Made by a program: the position numbers and the translations under genes
Source: Felis catus
Taxonomy: Eukaryota
NCBI RefSeq assembly: GCF_018350175.1
Contig: NC_058368.1
Location: forward strand, 21,826,001 to 21,890,000
Direction: 5' to 3'
Length of the DNA stretch: 64,000 nucleotides
Notes under the pieces: generated by a model
Seen by the model: the letters and a program-made list of their open reading frames with translations, nothing else
What the model was told of the DNA's origin: nothing
Databases searched by the model: none
Shown: positions 12,663 to 25,289 of the stretch, one piece after another
Numbering within the stretch: position 1 is the first letter of the stretch
Layout of the letters: every line of letters starts with the position of its first letter

Positions 12663-14949
12663 TCTCTGAGCAGAAGAGCAGGAGGGAAAACCTTCTACCT
12701 GTCCCCCTTGCCTCCCGCTTCTGTGGCCCTGGAGGGCGCTGGCCTGTCTCAGGCGGGGAAGCAAGGGCTGAGGCTCCCCTCCTGACTACTGACTGCCCCA
12801 CTTTTCAGTTGCCAGTAAGAAAGGGAGTGTAATTCCCAGGAGTAAGGGCTCTCCTGAACCTAGTGTCACTTTTGCTTCTGGACAGGCAAGACTCTCACCC
12901 CCATGGTCCTCAGGGAAGGCCCTGAGAAAGGATGGAGTCCCACCCTCCCTCCAGCACCACCAGTGTTAACAGGTGGAAGCAGAAGGAAGGATGGGCGCCC
13001 CCTGGCACCCTCCTTTCAGGCACTGGCTCTGGGCGCCATGGCTGCTCTCAACGGCTGCCTTCGGGGGCTTGGCCTCTCCCGAGGTCCCCTAGCACACCCT
13101 GCTACGTCCTCACTTAGCCTTCTGTCTCCTGCTAGGACTAAAATGCAGGTGGTTCTGAGCATGACATGTTGCAGAAACAGCACAGATGACTTTTTCCTGT
13201 TGTTTGTACTACAGAGGATGCCTGACGTGCAGGTTTGTCCTGGCGTTTTGGCTCCCGAGCTGACGAACCTCCTGGAGCTCTCATTTTGGGGATTTCGTTC
13301 TGGACACTTCAGAGGGCCTGAGGACTCCCTGCCAGCTCATCCAGTTCAGTAGCTTCAGTCAGCTATTCATTTCTCACCCAGATGCTTAATGAACAGCCCT
13401 CAGTACCTAATATCGTTACAGGCTTCCAAGAGGATCAAAGGCTGTAAGGCATCCCCTGATCTCTAGGAACTTAGACCATACTTGTGGAGGCCACATGCCC
13501 ACACATGGAACAGCCCCACTTCAGGCACTGAGAAGGGGGTCAGCACCATGAGAGTTCAGGAAGGGGGGTGAACATGGGCTGAGGTATCCAGGCAGAGCTT
13601 CCTGCAGAGGTGGGACCTGAGGGTCCTCAAAATCATGGGCAAGTTTCAAACAGGAAGACATCCTATGCCTAAAAAACAGCAGGGGTTTGGGAGGCTTCCC
13701 TAAGGTTGTGTGACCCTGGAGGACCCTGCCACGCTAGCATCCCTCATGTAAGTACAAGGACCGCCCGTTGACACGGAAGCTTGAAGGGCTGGAGAACAGC
13801 CCTTCATACAGAGGGGCATTGGAAAGCCAAGGAAGGTGCTGCGGGACCTTGCGTCCTGTGGGATTCCCATGCTCATGTGAGGCGAACGTCTCAGAAGCTG
13901 GTGAGGTAGAAGGCTGGCAGAACTGCCCTTGGACTCTGAGGCTCTCAACCTCACCTTCCGGCCAGAGGATTGTATAGTGAACATCCCAGAACTCACCTGC
14001 TGGGTAATCGTCTGTGACATTCCTTCCTTCCAAGCAGAGACCAGCAGGGAGTTACGGTCAACGCTACCTGGGCATGGTTCTTAACGATATTTTGCTTTGT
14101 TATCCTTCTTCCCAGATCTTATCCAAGGTGGGGTGATGAGAGGAGTTCTCCTGGGGCTTGTTAAGAGCACATCTGCCTTCAAGGATTTGGGACTCTCAGC
14201 ATGTACCACCTGCTGGCCCCTTGTCCACTCTTTTTGATCTAAGCAGGGAACATACACTTGGAGCTGGACAAGAGCATGGTGTGTCCTGGTGTCAGAAAGG
14301 AGACTGGCGATTGTCAAGAGAAGAGAGACAAGTGCCATAGTCTGATGGCCGCTGTGGTGACGGGATGTCTGCACCAACAGGGCCAAGCATGTGCGTGTCA
14401 GGCAAAAGAACCCCAGTCTCCCTCTGTAACTTGCCTTCTTGCCTCAGGATCCTGTCTCCACCCAAAGTCAGCTACCCAAGCTATTTTCCTAAGTGCAGAT
14501 CTCCCTGCCATATATCAAAACAGTTCAGGAGACAGTTCATGGCTGATGGACATTTGCCCATTACAGAGATACAGAAATGTTGGGTAAACTATTACCAAAA
14601 CCATTGTATTTTAACACACACTGTCCTTGAACAAAAGAAGGGATATCCTCAAGTGACAGAAATGAAGACAAATCACAGCCAAAGCAGGTAAGTGTAAGCT
14701 GGGAGCCTGGAGTCCATGGAGATATGAAGGAAGCCAAGTTTAGGCTCTAGGAACTGGGCTAGTTGTAACACCTACATGGGAACAGGAGGTACGGCCTTAG
14801 GCTTGCTTGGAAAAGACAAAATGTTGATCTGAACTCAGCAGAAAAGCAAGATTATCAAAGAGACACCCCTTCCTTAAAAGGAGATTGGGAAATGCTACCC
14901 ACTAAAAGAAGTATGAGGAAGCAAATGATCTATCTTGGGACAGGAGTAC

Positions 14950-15041
14950 AAAAAAAAGAAAAAGAGAAATAGAAAGAAAGAAAAAAGAAAGAAAAAGAAA
15001 AGAAAGAAAAGAAAGAAAGAAAGAAAGAAAAGAAAAAAGGA

Positions 15042-15081
<40 letters not shown>

Positions 15082-15094
15082 AAAAAGAAAAGGA

Positions 15095-15154
<60 letters not shown>

Positions 15155-15172
15155 AAAAAAGAAAGAAAAAGA
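14950..15172. repeat. (GAAA)n purine-only microsatellite, ~220 bp
   Basis: Seen directly; explains the K/R/E-rich ORF 14935-15216. Confidence 0.95.
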
Positions 15173-15410
15173 GGGGCGCCTGGGTGGCTCAGTCGGTTGA
15201 ATGGTTGAATGTCTGACTTCGGCTCAGGTCATGATCTCGCAGTTCGTGAGTTTGAGCCCCGCGTCTGGCTCTGTGCTGACAGCTTGGAGCCTGGAGCCTG
15301 CTTCGGATTCTTTGTCTCCCTCTCTCTCTGCCCCTTCCCCGTTCATGCTCTGTCTCTCTCTCTCTCTCTCAAAAGTAAATAAACATTAAAAAAATTAAAA
15401 AAAAAGAAGA
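15173..15410 (+). mobile_element. Can-SINE
   Basis: SINE head, (CT)n, A tail. Confidence 0.9.
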
Positions 15411-16997
15411 AGAAAGAGAGAAAGAAGAAAGAAGGAAAGAGTCACCTGTCAGAAATTGAATCACTAGGGCCTATGCCATGCATGGGCACAGAATCCAGAT
15501 CGATGCCACCCATGAGGCCCATGGGCCCCGAAGCAGAGAAACTAACATAATGTTTGACCTAAAACAGGTGAAACCTCCAGGAGCCTAGTAGATACTAAGG
15601 TGAAACCACTCTGTGTAGAAACACTGTCACAACCCAGGGCACATGGGAGTCACACAGGAAAAACAAATCCTCCCGAAGATGAGCTCACAATACAAAGTGA
15701 CAAATCACATGAGGAAAGGAGGCTCTGTGCGTGGGAACCATCAAATGCATCCAGCAGGGCATTCACCATCTCAAGGACTGTAGGTCATAGAACCATCTGG
15801 AAGAAACTATAAACACATCCACACCCAGCGCTTCAAGAGTAGAACCCAGCAGTTCTGGCCCCATCCCAACTTGTTCCTCTTGTGTCCATCTTCTCAGATC
15901 ATTCGGATCCCTCCTGTCACATACACTCAACACCTTGAGCCGTTTTCAAATTCTTCTTCTCTCAGCTTTTACCCTTAAAACTGGCTTTCAATTTCCCATC
16001 TCTTTCCCTCCTCTCCAGGGTTACTGTGAAGGCCACCTAGCGGGTCTTCCTGCCTGCCTGCCTCCAGTGTCTCCCTTCTGTTTATTCCACCGTCGCACTG
16101 CCACTAAGTTATCTTCCTAAATGGCAAGTCCAGCGGTTTCACTTCCCTGAGCCAGATTACAAAAGTCCAGATCTTCCCCAACTTGGACTTGAGTTCTTTC
16201 CAGTTTTGTTTCCTATTATAATGCACCCACCCCTCACTCCAGCCTCCTGCTTGGGCCACTCCAGCTTACTTGTTCTTCCTTCACTCCCCCTTACGCCTCC
16301 AAGCAGTCTCCTCCCTTTGACTAGGCTGCTCCTCTCGTAAATCTGCTGAAGGTCAACCTTGGCTTAAACCTTCTAGAAACATGTCCTGGAAGAACACAAG
16401 TATCATTTGGGCTAGACTTATCTGGTTTCAAATTCCAGATCTGTCACTTAATAGCTCTGTGCCTCAAGCAAGTCGCAACCTCTCCCAACCTCAGTCTCTA
16501 ATTATGCCAAATGAGAATGATACCTACTTTGCAGAGTTGAGAGAATGACAGATAATCTATGGAAAGCCCCGAGCACAGAACTTGGCCCCAGTGAGTGCTC
16601 AATCAACAGTTGCTGAATTGAGACTCTATCTGCATTTTTATGGGAGTTTTGTCTTATTGCTTTCTTAGCCAGAGCTCCATGATGGCCAAGGCCTTGTCCA
16701 ATCTGTCTTTGCATCTTTGCACTTTCCTGTGTCTGACACAGGAAAACCGTCTACTGACAAGTACTGGAAAGAACTCGGCATGACTAACCTGATGTTAGAA
16801 GGGAAGAATTTGAGTAGGAGGACCGGGTGGATCTCAGATGTTGGAGGGGTATTGAGGGCCCGTTTATACTGCGTCACTCCAGACAGGGAGCTATAAGGAG
16901 CATAGTTGTAGCCCAGGGTAGCTCCAACATGTAGAGCTGTTTAACATGAGAGCACGTGTCAAATATAAGCTGCTGGCCATTAAAAACTCAGATTATA

Positions 16998-17224
16998 GGG
17001 GTGCCTGGGTGGCTCAGGCGGTTAAGCGTCCGACTTCAGCTCAGGTCATGATCTCACGGTTTGTGAGTTCGAGCCCCATGTCTGGCTCTGTGCTGAGAGC
17101 TTAGAGCCTAAAGCCTGCTTTGGTTTCTATGTCTCCCTCTCTCTCTCTCTCTCTCTCTCTGCCCTCCCCTTCTTATGCTCTCTCTCTCTCTCTCAAAAAA
17201 TAATAAATAAAACATTAAAAAAAA
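16998..17224 (+). mobile_element. Can-SINE
   Basis: SINE head and tail; TSD ctcagattata. Confidence 0.9.
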
Positions 17225-17723
17225 CCCTCAGATTATAGAAAGTATTCCTGGGTTGGATGATGGATAAGACCAGATCAGTGATTCTTAACTTTTACGAGTC
17301 ACAAAATGGATCTTCTTCCCCACCCCACCCCCAAAACAGGTTCCAAGCATAATATTTTGCAAATAATTTCGGGAGGTTTGTGGTTCCTAGGTTAAGATCA
17401 CCTGAAAACCCTTGTAGGATGCTGTGTTCAACTTTCATTTTTACTATTAATAATGAGAAAGAAGCATTTCTGTGGCATGTGTTTTCAAAATTCACACTTG
17501 ACATCTAAAGGGCCTGGCTCATAACTAAAAACTCAGTGCCTTTTGTCCAAATTCAATGTTCTATACATTTTTTTTAAATTAAATGAATGAATTAATGAAA
17601 TCTTTGATTAATCTGATCTTTAAGGGAAAATGTGTGCTGTCAGAAGAAAAGAGAAGGAAAAAAAAGACAAAAATGAAACGCTTTAGACAAAGACCAATAT
17701 TGGATGATAAAAGGTAGAGAAGA

Positions 17724-17885
17724 GGGGCGCGTGGGTGGCTCAGTTGGTTAAGTGACTGACTCCTGATTTTGGTTCAGATCATGATCTCATGGTTTGTGGG
17801 TTTGAACCCTGTGTCAGTCTCCACGCTGACAGTGTGGAGCCTGCTTAGGATTCTGTCTCTCCTTCTCTCTCTGCCCCTCCTCTGC

Positions 17886-17917
<32 letters not shown>

Positions 17918-17945
17918 AAAACAAATAAACTTAAAAAAAAAAAAA
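17724..17945 (+). mobile_element. Can-SINE
   Basis: SINE head and tail; TSD aaaaggtagagaaga. Confidence 0.9.
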
Positions 17946-18384
17946 GGTAGAGAAGAATTAATCAGCATCAGAGAAAAGGATAAATTTTGGAAGGTCTTAA
18001 CTCCAGCCTCTTGCCCAGGGCTCAGTGCCCCTGTGAACTTCTAAACCCAAGACTCTGTGGGGGCAGAGTCGCCTACTCAATTCTGCTGGTCCTGGCTGCT
18101 GGCACTCAGCGTGATCTCGGCATATACCCAGAGGCTCCCAGGGAAAAATCACTCATAACATTGTGACCATGTCCAGAAGATATTCTAATCTGATTTTGAA
18201 ACCTCGTTCCCTCTGTGAATTTAGATCTTAATTACCATGCAACCATTCATTGTTCTATTATTACAATTGCTCGGTTCACCCTTGGTCATGAGTTATTAAA
18301 TGAAGTGTGTGGAGGCATTTTTTGCCCCTTAGGGTATTATTATTCAAAGAAGAGTTGATTTTCTTATTTTTTCTTTGTAATTAA

Positions 18385-18582
18385 AAAAAAAATTTTTAAT
18401 GTTTATTTTTGAGATGAGTATGAGCAGGGGAGGGGCAGAGAGAGGGAGACACAGAATCTGAAGCAGGGTCCGGGCTCTGAGCTGTCAGCACGGAGCCTGA
18501 CATGGGCTTGAACCCACAAACCATGAGATCATGACCTGAGCTGAAGTGGGACGCCCAACCAACTGAGCCACCCAGGTGCCCC
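18385..18582 (-). mobile_element. Can-SINE in the ARL11 3' region, same sense as the gene
   Basis: Reverse SINE; flanking repeat agttgattttt. Confidence 0.9.
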
Positions 18583-18786
18583 ATAGTTGATTTTCAACAT
18601 AAACACTAGTGACAACAAGCTTCAAGAGGAAAATATCCTGTCCAAGCACAGAAGGACTTCTCGTCTGATAAACTGAGCTTAGGATTCTTAAGGCCCAGCT
18701 GATTCTTTCGGGTCGATTCAGCAAAGATATGCTGCTGCGCCCAGATCGCGTCTTCCTGCTCTCCCCACTCCCTGCCCCGCCTGTGC

Positions 18787-19353
<567 letters not shown>

Positions 19354-20164
19354 CTAGGGGAGAAAGGCCAGGTGCGCACATAAGCCATTCTTTTCTGAGG
19401 GAACACACATGCATCCAGGCAAATGGAAGAAGAGGCTCTACTCCAAAAGTAGGAAGTGTTTATACAAGGTCAGGTTTCAAACACAGGCCTGGGCTCTGAA
19501 AGGGCCAGGAAGTAAGGGCATATCAGTCACCATGAGCTGACCTATCTTGGGAAGGTGGGGAGGGAGCTGAGTCAGAGAAGAGGGTAGGGCCCCTGGAAGA
19601 CTCCGAATGCGGGCTCACTTTCCTTGGTAGTTAAAGCAAAGAGGCAAAAGGAAGTTCTAGTTAGACATAACCTACTTCAATAGAAATGACCAAAAGATGG
19701 CTTCAGCTCTTGCTCGTCTGTGGCTTCCAGGCTCTATTTTCCTCCTGTAAGCCTAAACCCTGAAACGGAAGCTAGCTTGAGTTCAGTGCACGCAGTGAAG
19801 AGTCCAATCGGCTCATATAAGCTTCTGCCTCTGGAACTCTCCTCAGGACCAGCACCGTGCCCGGTAAACAGTGGCTATTTATAAATACTGTCGCCTGGGG
19901 ACAAATTTACAAGTTGGGGCAAAGTGGTTTCCTCCATTGCCTCATCAAGGTAAATTCCCTCTAGAGCACGACTCATGTTCCTCAAGAATCCGTTTCTAAA
20001 ACCAAGACCTGTTCCCGACTTAGGGGAAACCTGGCTGGGACAGGGGAAGGGACATCTGTCCCCCAGGGGTATATTCGGGCTGCCCCTTCAGGAAAATAAG
20101 ACAGGTTCTGTTCCTTCCTTATGCCGGGGTGGGGGGTGGGGGGTACGAGGAAAATGAAAGTTAC
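19354..20164 (-). other. ARL11: ARL11 intron 1 (5'UTR intron)
   Basis: On the minus strand the donor is cagag|gtaact at 20165/20164 and the acceptor is cctttctcccctag|g at 19354/19353, 18 nt upstream of the ATG. Confidence 0.75.
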
Positions 20165-20400
20165 CTCTGTTACTAGACTGTGGCTGAAAAAGCTCCTCCT
20201 CTGTGGCCGTCTGCCCGCATCCAGCTGCAGCTGCTCTGTCCTCGTCCTGTTGTGTCCCAAGAGTGAGATGTGAAGGAAATGCAGTGACCGTTGCTGGTTC
20301 TCCTTTCCCACTTCCTTTCCCAGGTGGTCGGGGGCGGGGCAGGCTCATCAGCCCCTCCCTTCGTCCCCCCTGGACTCCCCTGGCGGTCCTGCTGGGGACG
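20165..20400 (-). promoter_or_regulatory. ARL11: ARL11 non-coding exon 1 and proximal promoter (TSS not precisely definable)
   Basis: Unique GC-rich sequence upstream of the donor, with a GC box (ggggcggggc ~20331-20340) and an ETS-type site (cacttcctttcc ~20309-20320). Confidence 0.6.
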
Positions 20401-20511
20401 CGCCACAGAGATGTCCCCAGTTCCTCAGCTCTTGATAGAGCAAAGTCTAACACCAACCCCATTTCTTAGCTCAGAACACATGCCTTGATGTTTTTTTCTG
20501 GAGACTGGAGT

Positions 20512-20743
20512 GTTTGTTTGTTTGTTTGTTTTTTTACCATTTATTTATTTTTGAGAGAGAGACAGAGACAGAGCACGAGTGCGGGAGGGGCAGAGAGAGA
20601 GAGGGAGACACAGAATCCAAAGCAGGCTCCAGGCTCTGAACTGTCAGCACAGAGCCCCATGCGGAGCTGGAACTTGAGAACAGCCAGATCATGAACTGAG
20701 CGGAAGTCAGAGACTTAACCGACTGAGCCACCCAGGCGCCCCT
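20512..20743 (-). mobile_element. Can-SINE
   Basis: Reverse SINE head and tail. Confidence 0.9.
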
Positions 20744-21219
20744 GGAAAACAATTTTTAAAACACTGGCCAATCAGAAGCCATTGATTCTTTCTGTAACTC
20801 TCTAATTTGCATCTGCAGTTGCAGTGCTCTGGCTCTTGTAACAGGTAGCATTTGTGCTTTCTGCCTTCCCACGCGTTTCATTAAAAAGTCAAGAAGCAAA
20901 TTAGGAGCTATGACTCTCCCATTTTACAAATAAAGAACAAGGCTCAGAGTAAATGATTTACTTGAGATCTTGCTGGGATTTATTCATCTCTTCCTCTTTC
21001 ATGGTGCCTGCTACCCACTGAGAAAGTGCTTTGCAAAGAGCAAACATCCTGTTGTAATTGTAGGGTATTTTAACAGGAGGAAGTGGTTCGGAAAAGTCAG
21101 AAACACGGAGTGCATTATGTACACCACTGTGTTATTTGTTATCGACCTCACTGTTGTTTAGTTCTTTGGGGTGCCTGTGGCTGTAGGCTATAGTCACTTT
21201 GCAGCCAGCCTGGGCAAGT

Positions 21220-21530
21220 GGAAATTTATAGCCAAGGATCAGGGTGGGGGTCAGCAGATAGAAAATTACTAAGAGGTTCTGGGGAGATTCTGGCTAAGCT
21301 GACCTAACAGGATTCTTGCTGAAGTCATGCCACGTGACCAGACATCACCTGGGCGTGGCATGAGGAACCCGATCAGATATTGAGGGGATTAGATATTGAG
21401 GGCAGGGCATTCTGGTGAACACTTAGGAGGGTTGTTGTTAAAACTGGATTTTACAAGGAAATGTACAGATGGGCCGAGAAGAAGTTTCAGAAGCCTGACT
21501 GAGGTTTGGTCAAGCAAAGAATCTTTGTCG
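21220..21530 (-). mobile_element. MER31-like ERV1 LTR fragment (5' part)
   Basis: The reverse complement begins gacaaagattctttgcttgaccaaacctcagtcaggcttctga, as in MER31 LTRs. Confidence 0.7.
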
Positions 21531-21898
21531 TTATGCCAAAGCAGGCTCAAAGCATTAAAGACCTGTGTGAAAGAAGGCTTGTTTGTCTTATCGTGGTGGA
21601 GGGTGATTAGATCAAGCTGAGACTTAGTCCTGTCCAGCTGATGAATCCTTGGGGAACCTGCCAGGATTTGATTTGCAGGAGGATTGGAATGGGCAGATGA
21701 TAAGGACACAGGGGCTAAGGTTAAGGTGTGCCTGGGGCTTGGGAGCAAAGGGAGCAACATTGCCTTCACTCTGACCCCAGGTCCTCGGGAGGGAGGAGAG
21801 GTGGACAGAAGCTGAAGAAGCCATTGATTTGCGAAGAAAGGTTGGACTAGATACTGTTAGGTTTCCTTCAGCTCAAATATCTTATGGATACAATGGAA

Positions 21899-22824
21899 TT
21901 TTTTTTAAGTTTATTTATTTATTTTGAGAGAGAGAACAAGCTGGGGGGGGGGGGGGTGGTGCAGGCAGAGGACCCAAAGCAGCTCTGTGCTACAGTAGAG
22001 AGCCCGATGTGGGCTTGAATTCACAAACTGAGATCATGACCTGAGCCGAAGTGGGTCACTTAACTGACTGAGCCACCTAGGCGCCCCAGTATAATGGAAT
22101 TTTTATTGAGCAGCTATAAGCAAAGCTCTGTATAGTCTATCACATGAGTGAAAAAAACAAAAACAAAAAATTTCTCAAAGTGCAACTGCATGCCATATGA
22201 ATGGGAGAAATCAGCATCACTCTTGTATATGAAGACTAGGGCACCATATATCAGAATTAGATATAGGATACATTGCAGACTCTTAAACTGTCTTTATTTT
22301 GCATTTTGAGTTGTACTTAGAATTATCATCACTTTTAGTGGCCTGTGAGTGTTTTACATTTACAGCACAACTTATCTCCCCTTTCTGCCATTCCTAGTTT
22401 CCATTTTATTGGTGACACCATTTCTTTATAACCAAATGAGGAACCTGGCAAAGTTGGAGGGAATTTCTGTGCCTCTCTCTTTGCTCTGTCTCCTTCCCAA
22501 CAGAAACAGTATCTTGACAGTCAATCTCTCTCTCTCTCTCTCAAAACAAAACAAAAACAAAAAAATAGGAAAAGGGAATAGCAGTGGGTGATCTACTTTC
22601 TGAAATAGTGAGTGCGAGAAAGATCTAAAGGACGTGGGGAGCCTGGGTGGCTCAGTTGGTTAAGCATCTGACATCAGTCATGATCTCGTGGCTTGTGGGT
22701 TTGAGCTCTGCATCGGGCTCTGTGCTAACAGTGTGGAGCCTGCTTGGGATTCTCTCTCTTCCTCTCTCTCTGACCCTCTCCCTCTCATGCTCTCTCTCTC
22801 AAAATAAATAAACTTAAAAAAAAA
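21899..22824. mobile_element. Two Can-SINEs (21899-22087 minus; 22636-22824 plus)
   Basis: SINE heads and tails; unique sequence between them. Confidence 0.85.
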
Positions 22825-23519
22825 GTCTAAAGGGTGTTAGACTTGCACTGAAGCAGCTTCAACTTCTGCTTCTACGTATTTGCAGGAAATTTCCTGACAC
22901 TAAAAGGGAAAACAAAACAAAACAGTGGCCAGGGACTGTCTCTTGAAAATGTGCAGGAAGGACAATGTGGAGGCCAAGACAAAAGTGTGATGTGCTCCAG
23001 CCGCGCCTCAGAACAGGAGCTGATGACAGGGAGCTGTTGCTTTTTATCTTCCAAGGTTGTTTCAATATGCAAACTTGGTCTTCAGTAGCAGCTGCTATTC
23101 AATCAGCCACATTTCCTGAACTGGATAGTGTATTTTTAGTTGGCGGGGGTGGGGGGGGGGGGACACTTGATTAGAAAGGAGGTTGTAAGGTCGCTTAGTA
23201 GCTAGAAACTCAAATCAGCACTTAAGACTTCTTAACATTTCCCGTATGAGTTACTGTCATTCTGGGCAGCAACAAGCAGTGTTTACTTCACTTCTTTTCC
23301 TAAAAAAAAAAAAATCACATAAATAATGATGAATATATTGTTTTTTATCTGAGTGTCAAACAATATAAATGCCTACAGGACAAAATTCTCAAGTTCACTC
23401 TTTACATCACTACTCCCCTCCTCTGAGGTAATCAGGATTAGTAGTTTGATGCATATTTTTGCAACTATCTTTCTATATATGTACTTACATATTTTGGAGC
23501 ACATGCACATGTTTTACTG

Positions 23520-23800
23520 TTTATTTTTTATTTATTTTTGTTTTTAATTGTATTTAAATCCAAGTTAGTTAATATATAGTGAAATAAAGATTTCAGGTGT
23601 AGAAACTAGCAGTTCATCACTTACATATAACACCCAGTGCTCATCCCAACAAATGTCCTCCTGAATGCCCATCACCCATCTAGCCCAACCCCCTCACCCA
23701 ACACCCCACCAGCAACCCTCAGTTTGTTCTCTGTATTTGAGAGTCTCTTATGGTTTGCCTCCCTCTCTGTTTTTATCTTATTTTATCTTATTCCCTTCCC
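23520..23800 (-). mobile_element. Carnivore L1 3' end
   Basis: Antisense L1 3'UTR text (catcacttacatataacacccagtgctcatcccaacaa). Confidence 0.85.
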
Positions 23801-25289
23801 CTATACTGTTTATTTTTTGTTTAGGTCTTTTTAAATGTAATTGTGGTATCTGTAACTTCTTTATTACGTTGAACAATAATACATTTATGAGATCTTTCCG
23901 TGTTAGTGTATATACTAACTCATATACACTTATATTTTTATTATTTTTTAAAGGATTTATTAAATGATGAGAAGGCCACAGGAAAATACAAAAAGCATAA
24001 TACAAAAATATTCACAGGTGAAATTACGTGATTCTGAGATTTGTTTATAAAGCATGTGGTAATGGAGAAGAAGTAGCTTGGGATATAATATAACAAGACT
24101 GGCCATGAATTGATAGTTGTTGAAGCCAGGTAGACAGGGTATATTATATTAGTCTTCTTATCTTGCATGCCTTTGAAATTTTCCATAGCAAAATCTAAGA
24201 AGCATATGTAAGAGGCATAAACTATTCCAGTTTACCAAATCTTTGATTCTGCCACAGCTCGCAGGCCTACAGGGCTCCTAGCACTTGTCACACTCCATAT
24301 TTTTGGCCTTCTCCAGAATCTGCCGTTACCCCTGGTGGTGTGGGTCACTCCTACTTTACCCTTACCACACTTTGTATATATACAAACACACACCACACAG
24401 TCACACGCACACACATACTCCCACATTAAAGGAATTATCTTACTAAATTGAGAGCTTAAAAAATAGTTATCACCGATTGAGCCTCTAATCTGCATCATAT
24501 ACATTGTCTGTGTTTGTTTAGTTACTCCTCCCAGCAGCTGAATGGTAAGACTATTTCTGTCCCCTTTTATACATATGGAAACTGAGGCTAAAAATATTAA
24601 GTCACTTGCCTAGTCTTTTCTTTTTTATTCTCATTTAATTTTATATCATTGTGTCAACTATGTTCATATAAATGTGTGTAAAAAGGGATCAGTACAGACA
24701 CTGAGAAGCAAGCGCAAATCTTACCGAACAGGAACATTGCCATTATTAGATGGCAGGAGATAAACTGAAGATAGGCTCTGGGTCATAGTCTGCATTTTGC
24801 TTCCTTGAGTTCTGTAAGAGCCCCTTCTGGGCAGTTAGTGTGTTAGTGTGCAAGGCCATGACGGAGTCTTAGGAAGCATAGGGCTTACCATAGTTGAGGC
24901 CACAGACAGGCCTTTCTGGTGGGATAGTGGGAAGAGAGTCAGTAGGAGTGGACTGTGCTGTATATTCTATGTCAAAGCCCACTTTCAGCTGTCAGGAATG
25001 AGCAAATCAGAATACTTCTTGGGGTAAAGGAGTATCAGCTGGTCCTGGCTGTAGGGCATGGAGAGGAGGGGACTCTTGATTTCTCATTAGCATAAGATCA
25101 AGGCCTGCCGAATACAGGTAAGAATCAGACCCAGGTTTGCCTGGGAATTTTTTCTTCCAGGTGAAGAGAATATAACAACTGCAGATAGTTTGGTGATAAG
25201 TCTTTATTGTGTCTGTCTCTTAAGAATTAGTTGTTCTCCACGACATCATATGCACATCTTCTTTGAGATTCCCTTGACCTCTGGGATCC

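Noticed and set aside
14935..15216. K/R/E-rich 93-aa ORF
   Set aside because: Translation of the (GAAA)n microsatellite plus a SINE head.
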